A stretch of DNA of 64,000 nt, taken from Eledone cirrhosa. Taxonomy: Eukaryota. Below the pieces are notes generated by a model. It ran no database searches, was not told the DNA's origin, and saw only the letters and a list, made by a program, of their open reading frames with translations. The DNA lies in the NCBI GenBank assembly GCA_964016885.1, contig OZ024743.1, positions 133,486,001 to 133,550,000 on the forward strand, in the 5' to 3' direction. Shown here one piece after another: positions 36,301 through 47,050 of the stretch. Each line of letters begins with the position of its first letter. Positions within the stretch are counted from its first letter, which is position 1. A program made the position numbers and the translations under genes.

Positions 36301-39200
36301 TGTTTGGTGTTTGGTGCTTGGTCCTTGGTGCTTGGTGTTTGGTGCTTGGTGCTTGGTGCTTGGTGTTTGGTGCTTAGTGCATGGTGTTTGGTGTTTGGTG
36401 CTTGGTGCTTGGTGGCTGGTGCTTGGTGTTTGGTGTTTGGAGTTTGGTGCTTGGTGCTTGGTGCCTGGTGTTTCGTGCTTGGTGCTTGGTGCTGGGTGTT
36501 TGGTGTTTGGTGCTTGGTGCTTGGTGTTTGGTGTTTGGAGCTTGGTGCCTGCTGCTTGTTCTTTGGTGTTTGGTGCTTGGTGCTTGGTGTTTGGTGTTTG
36601 GTGCTTGGTGCTTGATGCTTGGTATCTGGTGTTTGGTGCTTGATGTTTGGTGTTTGGTGCTTGGTGCTTGGTGCTTGGTGTTTGGTGTTTGGTGCTTGGT
36701 GCTTGGTGTTTGGTGCTTGGTGTTTGGTGTTTGGTGTTTGATGCTTGGTGTTTGCTGCTTGGTGCTTGGTGCTTGGTGTTTTGTGTTTGGTGCTTGGTGC
36801 TTGGTGCCTGGTGCTTGGTGCTTGGTGCTTGTTGTTTGGTGCTTGGTGCTTGGTGCTTGGTGTTTGGTGCTTGGTGCTTGGTGCTTGGTGTTTGGTGCTT
36901 GGTGCTTGGTGTTTTGTGCTTGGTGCTTGGTGTTTGGTGCTTGGTGTTTGGTGCTTGGTGCTTGGTGCTTGGTGCTTGGTGTTAGGTGTTTGGTGCTTGG
37001 TGCTTGGTGTTTGATGTTTGGTCCTTGGTGCTTGGGGTTTGGTGTTTGGTGCCTGGTGCTTGGTGCTTGGTGCTTGTTCTTTTGTGCTTGGTGTTTGGTG
37101 CTTGGTGCGTGGGACTTAGTGTTTGGTGTTTGGTGCTTGGTGTTTGGTGCTTGGTGTTTGGTGCTTGGTGTTTGGGGCTTGGTGTTCGGTGCTTGGTGCT
37201 TGGTGCTTGGGGCTTGGTGTTTGGTGCTTGGTGCTTGGTGCTTGGTGTTTGATGTTGGGTCCTTGGTGCTTGGTGTTTGGTGTTTGGTGCTGGTGTTTGG
37301 TGTTTGGTGCTTGGTGCTTGGTGTTTGGTGTTTGGTGCTTGGTGCTTGGGGCTTGGTGTTTGGTGCTTGGTGCTTGGTGTTTGGTGCTTCTGCTTGGGGC
37401 TTGGTAGTTGGTGCTTGGTGCTTGGTGCCTGGTGTTTGGTGTTTGGTGTTTGGTGCTTGGTGTATGGTGCTTGGTGCTTGGTGCTGGGTGGTTGGTGTTT
37501 GGTGCTTGGTGCTTGGTGTTTGGTGCTTGGTGCTTTGTGCTTGTTGTTTGGTGCTTGGTGCTTGGTGCTTGGTCTTTGGTGCATGGTGTTTGGTGTTTGG
37601 CGCTTGGTGCTTGGTGCTTCGTGATTGGTGCTTGGTGCTTGGTGCTTGGTGTTTGGTGCTTGGTGCTTGGTGATTAGTGTTTGTTGCTTGGTGCTTGGGG
37701 TTTGGTGGTTGGTGCTTGGTGCTTGGTGTTTGGTGTTTGGTGTTTGGTGTTTGCTGTTTGCTGTTTGGTGTCTGCTTTTTGGTGTTTGGTGTTTGCTGTA
37801 TGGTGTTTGCTGTTTCGTATTTGATTTTTGCTGTTTGGTGTTTGGTGTTTGCTGTTTGGTGTTTGGTGTTTGGTGCTTGGTGCTTGGTGTTTGGCTTTGG
37901 TGCTTGGTGCTTGGTGTTTGGTGCTTGGTGCTTGGTGTTTGGTGCTTGGTGCTTGGTGCTTGTTGTTTGGTGCTTGGTGCTTGGTGCTTGGTCTTTGGTG
38001 CATGGTGTTTGGTGTTTGGTGCTTGGTGCCTGGTGCTTGTTGTATGGTGTTTGGTGCTTGGTGCTTGGTGTTTGGTGTTTGCTGCTTGGTGTCTGGTGTT
38101 TGCTGCTTGGTGTCTGGTGTTTGGTGCTTGGTGCTTGGTGTTTGGCGTTTGCTGTTTGCTGTTTGGTGTTTGGTGTTTGCTGTTTGGTGTTTGCTGTTTG
38201 GTGCTTGGTGCTTGGTGTTTGGTGTTTGGTGCTTGGTGTTTGGTGCTTGGTGCTTGGTGCTGGGTGTTTGGTGCTTGGTGCTTGGTGTTTGGTTCTTGGT
38301 GATTGGTGCTTGGTGTTTGGTCCTTGGTGCTTGGTGCTTGGTCTTTGGTGCTTGGGTTTTGGTGTTTGGTGCTTGGTGCTTGGTGTTTGGTGCTTGGTGT
38401 TTGGTGCTTGGTGCTTGGTTATTAGTGTTTGGTGATTGGTGCTTGGGGTTTGGTGTTTGGGGCTTGGTGTTTGGTGCTTAGTGCTTGCTGTTTGGTGTTT
38501 GGTGTTTGGTTCTTGGTGCTTGGTGTTTGGTGTTTGGTGTTTGGTGCTTGGTGCTTGGTGCTTGGTGTTTGGTGCTTGGTGCTTGGTGCTTGGTGTTTGG
38601 TGCTGCGTGTTTGGTGTTTGGTGTTTGGTGCTTGGTGCCTGGTGCTTGTTGTTTGGTGTTTGGTGCTTAGTGCTTGGTGTTTGGTGTTTGGTGCTTGGTG
38701 CTTGGTGGCTGGTGTTTGGTGCTTGGTGTTTGGAGTTTGGTGCTTGGTGCTTGGTGCCTGGTGTTTCGTGCTTGGTGCTTGGTGCTTGGTGTTTGATGTT
38801 TGGTGCTTGGTGTTTGGTGTTTGGTACTTGGTGCTTGGTGCTTGGTGCTTGGTGTTTGGTGCTTGGTGTTTGATGCTGCGTGCTTGGTGTTTGGTGTTTG
38901 GTGCTTGGTGCTTGGTGTTTGGTGTTTGGCGCTTGGTGCTTGGTGTTTGGTGTTTGGCGCTTGGTGCTTGGTGTTTGGTGTTTGGTGCTTGGTGCTTGGT
39001 GCTTGGTATCTGGTGTTTGGTGCTTGATGTTTGGTGTTTGGTGCTTGGTGTTTGGTGTTTGGTGCTTGGTGTTTGGTGCTTGGTGTTTGGTGTTTGGTGT
39101 TTGATGCTTGGTGTTTGCTGCTTGGTGCTTGGTGCTTGGTGTTTTGTGTTTGGTGCTTGGTGCTTGGTGCCTGGTGCTTGGTGCTTGGTGCTTGTTGTTT
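27310..39200 (+). repeat. More diverged satellite domain with older copies of the left-hand higher-order unit (offsets about 3.6-4.3 kb)
   Basis: Same cassette order as 3.9-15 kb (ORF pairs 28988/32607, 29800/33623, 30514/34736, 31763/36034), but with variable offsets and many single-copy substitutions (e.g. near 30001, 31266, 32761, 33630, 35024, 35490, 35720). Confidence 0.7.
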
Positions 39201-41039
39201 GGTTCTTGGTGCTTGGTGATTAGTGTTTGGTGCTTGGTGCTTGCTGATTGCTGTTTGGTGTTCGGTTCTTGGTGCTTGGTGTATGGTGTTTAGTGTCTGG
39301 TGCTTGGTGCTTGGTGTTTGGTGTTTGGTGTTTGGTACTTGGTGTTCGGTGCTTGGTGCTTGGTGCTTGGTGCTTGGTGTTTGGTGTTTGGTGCCTGGTG
39401 CTTGGTGCTTGGTGCTTGGTGCTTGGTGTTTGGTGTTTGGTGTTTGGTGCTTGGTGTTTGATGTTTGGTCCTTGGTGCTTGGTGTTTGGTGTTGTGTGCT
39501 TGGTGCATGGTGCTTGATGTTTGGTGCTTGGTGCTTGGTGCTTGGTGTTTGGCGTTTGCTGTTTGCTGTTTGGTGTTTGGTGTTTGCTGTTTGGTGTTTT
39601 CTGTTTGGTGTTTGGTGTTTGGTGCTTGCTGTTTGGTGCTTGGTGCTTGGTGTTTGGTGTTAGGTGCTTGGTGTTTGGTGCTTGGTGCTTGGTGCTGAGT
39701 GTTTGATGCTTGGTGCTTGGTGTTTGGTGCTTGGTGATTGGTGCTTGGTGTTTGGTCCTTGGTGCTTGGTGCTTGGTCTTTGGTGCTTGGGTTTTGGTGT
39801 TTGGTGCTTGGTGCTTGGTGTTTGGTGCTTGGTGCTTGGTGTTTGGTGCTTGGTGCTTGGTGTTTGGTGCTTGGTGCTTTGTGTTTGGTGCTTGGTGTTT
39901 GGTGCTTGCTGCTTGGTGCTTGGTGTTTGGTGCTTGGTGCTTGGTGATTAGTGTTTGGTGATTGTGCTTGGGGTTTGGTGTTTGGGGCTTGGTGTTTGGT
40001 GCTTAGTGCTTGCTGTTTGGTGTTTGGTGTTTGGTTCTTGGTGCTTGGTGTTTGGTGTTTGGTGCTTGGTGCTTGGTGTTTGGTGCTTGGTGCCTGGTGC
40101 TTGTTGTTTGGTGTTTGGTGCTTAGTGCTTGGTGTTTGGTGTTTGGTGCTTGGTGCTTGGTGGCTGGTGTTTGGTGCTTGGTGTTTGGAGTTTGGTGCTT
40201 GGTGCTTGGTGCCTGGTGTTTCGTGCTTGGTGCTTGGTGCTTGGTGCTTGGTGTTTGGTGTTTGGTGTTTGGTGTTTGGTGTTTGCTGTTTGGTGTCTGC
40301 TTTTTGGTGTTTGGTGTTTGCTGTATGGTGTTTGCTGTTTCGTATTTGGTTTTTGCTGTTTGGTGTTTGGTGTTTGCTGTTTGGTGTTTGGTGTTTGGTG
40401 CTTGGTGCTTGGTGCTTGGCTTTGGTGCTTGGTGCTTGGTGTTTGGTGCTTGGTGCTTGGTGTTTGGTGTTTGGTGCTTGGTGCCTGGTGCTTGTTGTAT
40501 GGGGTTTGGTGCTTGGTGCTTGGTGTTTGGTGTTTGCTGCTTGGTGTCTGGTGTTTGGTGCTTGGTGTTTGGTGTTTGGTGCTTGGTGCTTGGTGCTTGG
40601 TGTTTGGTGTTTGGTGCTTGGTGCTTGGTGTTTGGTGTTTGGTGCTGGGTGCATGGAGTTTGGTGCTTGGTGCTTAGTGCTTGGTGTTTGGTGCTGCGTG
40701 CTTGGTGTTTGGTGTTTGGTGTTTGGTGCCTGGTGCTTGTTGTTTGGTGTTTGGTGCTTAGTGCTTGGTGTTTGGTGTTTGGTGCTTGGTGCTTGGTGGC
40801 TGGTGCTTGGTGCTTGGTGTTTGGAGTTTGGTGCTTGGTGCTTGGTGCCTGGTGTTTCGTGCTTGGTGCTTGGTGCTTGGTGTTTGGTGTTTGGTGCTTG
40901 GTGTTTGGTGTTTGGTGCTTGGTGCTTGGTGTTTGGTGTTTGGTGCTTGGTGTTTGGTGCTTGGTGCTTGGTGCTGGGTGTTTGGTGCGTGGTGCTTGGT
41001 GTTTGGTGCTTGGTGCTTGGTGCTTGGTTTTTGGTCCTT

Positions 41040-44000
41040 GGTGCTTGGTGCTTGGTCTTTGGTGCTTGGGTTTTGGTGTTTGGTGCTTGGTGCTTGGTGT
41101 TTGGTGCTTGGTGCTTGGTGCTTGGTGCTTGGTGTATGGTGCTTGGTGCTTGGTGTTTGGTGTTTGGTGCTGGGTGCATGGAGTTTGGTGCTTGGTGCTT
41201 GTGCTTGGTGTTTGGTGTTTGGTGCTTGGTATTTGGTGTTTGGTGTTTGATGCTTGGTGTGTGGTGCTTGGTGCTTGGTGTTTTGTGTTTGGTGCTTGGT
41301 GCTTGGTGCCTGGTGCTTGGTGCTTGGTGCTTGTTGTTTGGTGCTTGGTGCTTGGTGATTAGTGTTTGGTGCTTGGTGCTTGGTGTTTGGTGCTTGGTGT
41401 TTGGTGCTTGGTGCCTGGTACTTGGTGTTTGGTGTTTGATGCTTGGTGTTTGGTGTTTGGTGTTTGGTACTTGGTGTTCGGTGCTTGGTGCTTGGTGCTT
41501 GGTGCTTGGTGTTTGGTGTTTGGTGCTTGGTGCTTGGTGTTTGATGTTTGGTCCTTGGTGCTTGGTGTTTGATGTTGTGTGCTTGGTGCATGGTGCTTGA
41601 TGTTTGGTGCTTGGTGCTTGGTGCTTTGTGTTTGGCGTTTGCTGTTTGCTGTTTGGTGTTTGGTGTTTGGTGTTTGGTGTTTGGTGCTTGCTGTTTGGTG
41701 CTTGGTGCTTGGTGTTTGGTGTTAGGTGCTTGGTGTTTGGTGCTTGGTGCTTGGTGCTGAGTGTTTGGTGCTTGGTGCTTGGTGTTTGGTGCTTGGTGAT
41801 TTGTGCTTGGTGTTTGGTCCTTGGTGCTTGGTGCTTGGTCTTTGGTGCTTGGGTTTTGGTGTTTGGTGCTTGGTGCTTGGTGTTTGGTGCTTGGTGCTTG
41901 GTGCTTGGTGTTTGGTGCTTGCTGCTTGGTGCTTGGTGTTTGGTGCTTGGTGCTTGGTGATTAGTGTTTGGTGATTGTGCTTGGGGTTTGGTGTTTGGGG
42001 CTTGGTGTTTGGTGCTTAGTGCTTGCTGTTTGGTGTTTGGTGTTTGGTTCTTGGTGCTTGGTGTTTGGTGTTTGGTGTTTGGTGCTTGGTGCTTGGTGCT
42101 TGGTGCCTGGTGCTTGTTGTTTGGTGTTTGGTGCTTAGTGCTTGGTGTTTGGTGTTTGGTGCTTGGTGCTTGGTGGCTGGTGTTTGGTGCTTGGTGTTTG
42201 GAGTTTGGTGCTTGGTGCTTGGTGCCTGGAGTTTCGTGCTTGGTGCTTGGTGCTTGGTGTTTGGTGTTTGGTGTTTGGTGTTTGGTGTTTGCTGTTTGGT
42301 GTCTGCTTTTTGGTGTTTGGTGTTTGCTGTATGGTGTTTGCTGTTTCGTATTTGGTTTTTGCTGTTTGGTGTTTGGTGTTTGCTGTTTGGTGTTTGGTGT
42401 TTGGTGCTTAGTGCCTGGTGCTTGTTGTATGGTGTTTGGTGCTTGGTGCTTGGTGTTTGGTGTTTGCTGCTTGGTGTCTGGTGTTTGGTGCTTGGTGTTT
42501 GGTGTTTGGTACTTGGTGCTTGGTGCTTGGTGTTTGGTGTTTGGTGCTTGGTGCTTGGTGTTTGGTGTTTGGTGCTGGGTGCATGGAGTTTGGTGCTTGG
42601 TGCTTAGTGCTTGGTGTTTGGTGATTGGTGCTTGGTATTTGGTGTTTGGTGTTTGATGCTTGGTGCGTGGTGCTTGGTGCTTGGTGTTTTGTGTTTGGTG
42701 CTTGGTGCTTGGTGCCTGGTGCTTGGTGCTTGGTGATTAGTGTTTGGTGCTTGGTGCTTGGTGTTTGGTGCTTGGTGTTTGGTGCTTGGTGCCTGGTGCT
42801 TGGTGTTTGGTGTTTGATGCTTGGTGTTTGGTGTTTGGTGTTTGGTACTTGGTGTTCGGTGCTTGGTGCTTGGTGCTTGGTGCTTGGTGTTTGGTGTTTG
42901 GTGCTTAGTGCTTGGTGTTTGGTGTTTGGTGCTTGGTGCTTGGTGGCTGGTGTTTGGTGCTTGGTGTTTGGAGTTTGGTGCTTGGTGCTTGGTGCCTGGT
43001 GTTTCGTGCTTGGTGCTTGGTGCTTGGTGCTTGGTGTTTGGTGTTTGGTGTTTGGTGTTTGGTGTTTGCTGTTTGGTGTCTGCTTTTTGGTGTTTGGTGT
43101 TTGCTGTATGGTGTTTGCTGTTTCGTATTTGGTTTTTGCTGTTTGGTGTTTGGTGTTTGGTGTTTGCTGTTTGGTGTTTGGTGTTTGGTGCTTGGTGCCT
43201 GGTGCTTGTTGTATGGTGTTTGGTGCTTGGTGCTTGGTGTTTGGTGTTTGCTGCTTGGTGTCTGGTGTTTGGTGCTTGGTGTTTGGTGTTTGGTGCTTGG
43301 TGCTTAGTGCTTGGTGTTTGGTGTTTGGTGCTTGGTATTTGGTGTTTGGTGTTTGATGCTTGGTGCGTGGTGCTTGGTGCTTGGTGTTTTGTGTTTGGTG
43401 CTTGGTGCTTGGTGCCTGGTGCTTGGTGCTTGGTGATTAGTGTTTGGTGCTTGGTGCTTGGTGTTTGGTGCTTGGTGCCTGGGGCTTGGTGTTTGGTGTT
43501 TGATGCTTGGTGTTTGGTGTTTGGTGTTTGGTACTTGGTGTTCGGTGCTTGGTGCTTGGTGCTTGGTGCTTGGTGTTTGGTGTTTGGTGCTTGGTGCTTG
43601 GTGTTTGATGTTTGGTCCTTGGTGCTTGGTGTTTGGTGTTGTGTGCTTGGTGCTTGGTGCTTGGTGTTTGGTGCTTGGTGCTTGGTGTTTGGTGCTTGGT
43701 GCTTGGTGTTTGATGTTTGGTCCTTGGTGCTTGGTGTTTGGTGTTGTGTGCTTGGTGCATGGTGCTTGATGTTTGGTGCTTGGTGCTTGGTGCTTGGTGT
43801 TTGGCGTTTGCTGTTTGCTGTTTGGTGTTTGGTGTTTGCTGTTTGGTGTTTGCTGTTTGGTGTTTGGTGTTTGGTGCTTGCTGTTTGGTGCTTGGTGCTT
43901 GGTGTTTGGTGTTAGGTGCTTGGTGTTTGGTGCTTGGTGCTTGGTGCTGAGTGTTTGGTGCTTGGTGCTTGGTGTTTGGTGCTTGGTGATTGGTGCTTGG

Positions 44001-47000
44001 TGTTTGGTCCTTGGTGCTTGGTGCTTGGTCTTTGGTGCTTGGGTTTTGGTGTTTGGTGCTTGGTGCTTGGTGTTTGGTGCTTGGTGCTTGGTGCTTGGTG
44101 CTTGGTGTATGGTGCTTGGTGCTTGGTGTTTGGTGTTTGGTGCTGGGTGCATGGAGTTTGGTGCTTGGTGCTTGTGCTTGGTGTTTGGTGTTTGGTGCTT
44201 GGTATTTGGTGTTTGGTGTTTGATGCTTGGTGTGTGGTGCTTGGTGCTTGGTGTTTTGTGTTTGGTGCTTGGTGCTTGGTGCCTGGTGCTTGGTGCTTGG
44301 TGCTTGTTGTTTGGTGCTTGGTGCTTGGTGATTAGTGTTTGGTGCTTGGTGCTTGGTGTTTGGTGCTTGGTGTTTGGTGCTTGGTGCCTGGTGCTTGGTG
44401 TTTGGTGTTTGATGCTTGGTGTTTGGTGTTTGGTGTTTGGTACTTGGTGTTCGGTGCTTGGTGCTTGGTGCTTGGTGCTTGGTGTTTGGTGTTTGGTGCT
44501 TGGTGCTTGGTGTTTGATGTTTGGTCCTTGGTGCTTGGTGTTTGATGTTGTGTGCTTGGTGCATGGTGCTTGATGTTTGGTGCTTGGTGCTTGGTGCTTT
44601 GTGTTTGGCGTTTGCTGTTTGCTGTTTGGTGTTTGGTGTTTGGTGTTTGGTGCTTGCTGTTTGGTGCTTGGTGCTTGGTGTTTGGTGTTAGGTGCTTGGT
44701 GTTTGGTGCTTGGTGCTTGGTGCTGAGTGTTTGGTGCTTGGTGCTTGGTGTTTGGTGCTTGGTGATTTGTGCTTGGTGTTTGGTCCTTGGTGCTTGGTGC
44801 TTGGTCTTTGGTGCTTGGGTTTTGGTGTTTGGTGCTTGGTGCTTGGTGTTTGGTGCTTGGTGCTTGGTGCTTGGTGTTTGGTGCTTGCTGCTTGGTGCTT
44901 GGTGTTTGGTGCTTGGTGCTTGGTGATTAGTGTTTGGTGATTGTGCTTGGGGTTTGGTGTTTGGGGCTTGGTGTTTGGTGCTTAGTGCTTGCTGTTTGGT
45001 GTTTGGTGTTTGGTTCTTGGTGCTTGGTGTTTGGTGTTTGGTGTTTGGTGCTTGGTGCTTGGTGCTTGGTGCCTGGTGCTTGTTGTTTGGTGTTTGGTGC
45101 TTAGTGCTTGGTGTTTGGTGTTTGGTGCTTGGTGCTTGGTGGCTGGTGTTTGGTGCTTGGTGTTTGGAGTTTGGTGCTTGGTGCTTGGTGCCTGGAGTTT
45201 CGTGCTTGGTGCTTGGTGCTTGGTGTTTGGTGTTTGGTGTTTGGTGTTTGGTGTTTGCTGTTTGGTGTCTGCTTTTTGGTGTTTGGTGTTTGCTGTATGG
45301 TGTTTGCTGTTTCGTATTTGGTTTTTGCTGTTTGGTGTTTGGTGTTTGCTGTTTGGTGTTTGGTGTTTGGTGCTTAGTGCCTGGTGCTTGTTGTATGGTG
45401 TTTGGTGCTTGGTGCTTGGTGTTTGGTGTTTGCTGCTTGGTGTCTGGTGTTTGGTGCTTGGTGTTTGGTGTTTGGTACTTGGTGCTTGGTGCTTGGTGTT
45501 TGGTGTTTGGTGCTTGGTGCTTGGTGTTTGGTGTTTGGTGCTGGGTGCATGGAGTTTGGTGCTTGGTGCTTAGTGCTTGGTGTTTGGTGATTGGTGCTTG
45601 GTATTTGGTGTTTGGTGTTTGATGCTTGGTGCGTGGTGCTTGGTGCTTGGTGTTTTGTGTTTGGTGCTTGGTGCTTGGTGCCTGGTGCTTGGTGCTTGGT
45701 GATTAGTGTTTGGTGCTTGGTGCTTGGTGTTTGGTGCTTGGTGTTTGGTGCTTGGTGCCTGGTGCTTGGTGTTTGGTGTTTGATGCTTGGTGTTTGGTGT
45801 TTGGTGTTTGGTACTTGGTGTTCGGTGCTTGGTGCTTGGTGCTTGGTGCTTGGTGTTTGGTGTTTGGTGCTTAGTGCTTGGTGTTTGGTGTTTGGTGCTT
45901 GGTGCTTGGTGGCTGGTGTTTGGTGCTTGGTGTTTGGAGTTTGGTGCTTGGTGCTTGGTGCCTGGTGTTTCGTGCTTGGTGCTTGGTGCTTGGTGCTTGG
46001 TGTTTGGTGTTTGGTGTTTGGTGTTTGGTGTTTGCTGTTTGGTGTCTGCTTTTTGGTGTTTGGTGTTTGCTGTATGGTGTTTGCTGTTTCGTATTTGGTT
46101 TTTGCTGTTTGGTGTTTGGTGTTTGGTGTTTGCTGTTTGGTGTTTGGTGTTTGGTGCTTGGTGCCTGGTGCTTGTTGTATGGTGTTTGGTGCTTGGTGCT
46201 TGGTGTTTGGTGTTTGCTGCTTGGTGTCTGGTGTTTGGTGCTTGGTGTTTGGTGTTTGGTGCTTGGTGCTTAGTGCTTGGTGTTTGGTGTTTGGTGCTTG
46301 GTATTTGGTGTTTGGTGTTTGATGCTTGGTGCGTGGTGCTTGGTGCTTGGTGTTTTGTGTTTGGTGCTTGGTGCTTGGTGCCTGGTGCTTGGTGCTTGGT
46401 GATTAGTGTTTGGTGCTTGGTGCTTGGTGTTTGGTGCTTGGTGCCTGGGGCTTGGTGTTTGGTGTTTGATGCTTGGTGTTTGGTGTTTGGTGTTTGGTAC
46501 TTGGTGTTCGGTGCTTGGTGCTTGGTGCTTGGTGCTTGGTGTTTGGTGTTTGGTGCTTGGTGCTTGGTGTTTGATGTTTGGTCCTTGGTGCTTGGTGTTT
46601 GGTGTTGTGTGCTTGGTGCTTGGTGCTTGGTGTTTGGTGCTTGGTGCTTGGTGTTTGGTGCTTGGTGCTTGGTGTTTGATGTTTGGTCCTTGGTGCTTGG
46701 TGTTTGGTGTTGTGTGCTTGGTGCATGGTGCTTGATGTTTGGTGCTTGGTGCTTGGTGCTTGGTGTTTGGCGTTTGCTGTTTGCTGTTTGGTGTTTGGTG
46801 TTTGCTGTTTGGTGTTTGCTGTTTGGTGTTTGGTGTTTGGTGCTTGCTGTTTGGTGCTTGGTGCTTGGTGTTTGGTGTTAGGTGCTTGGTGTTTGGTGCT
46901 TGGTGCTTGGTGCTGAGTGTTTGGTGCTTGGTGCTTGGTGTTTGGTGCTTGGTGATTGGTGCTTGGTGTTTGGTCCTTGGTGCTTGGTGCTTGGTCTTTG

Positions 47001-47050
47001 GTGCTTGGGTTTTGGTGTTTGGTGCTTGGTGCTTGGTGTTTGGTGCTTGG
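41040..47050 (+). repeat. Near-identical tandem duplication, period 2,966-2,973 bp
   Basis: ORF pairs 41366/44339 (+2973); 41726/44692, 41964/44930, 42625/45591, 42821/45787, 43440/46406 and 43916/46882 (+2966). 2966 = 424x7-2, which matches two 6-bp monomers per copy. Confidence 0.92.
43570..43770 (+). repeat. 105-bp (15-monomer) tandem duplication, also at about 46540-46740 and 51840-52040
   Basis: GATGTTT-GGTCCTT...GTTGTGTG cassette at 43607/43712, 46573/46678 and 51876/51981. Confidence 0.82.
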
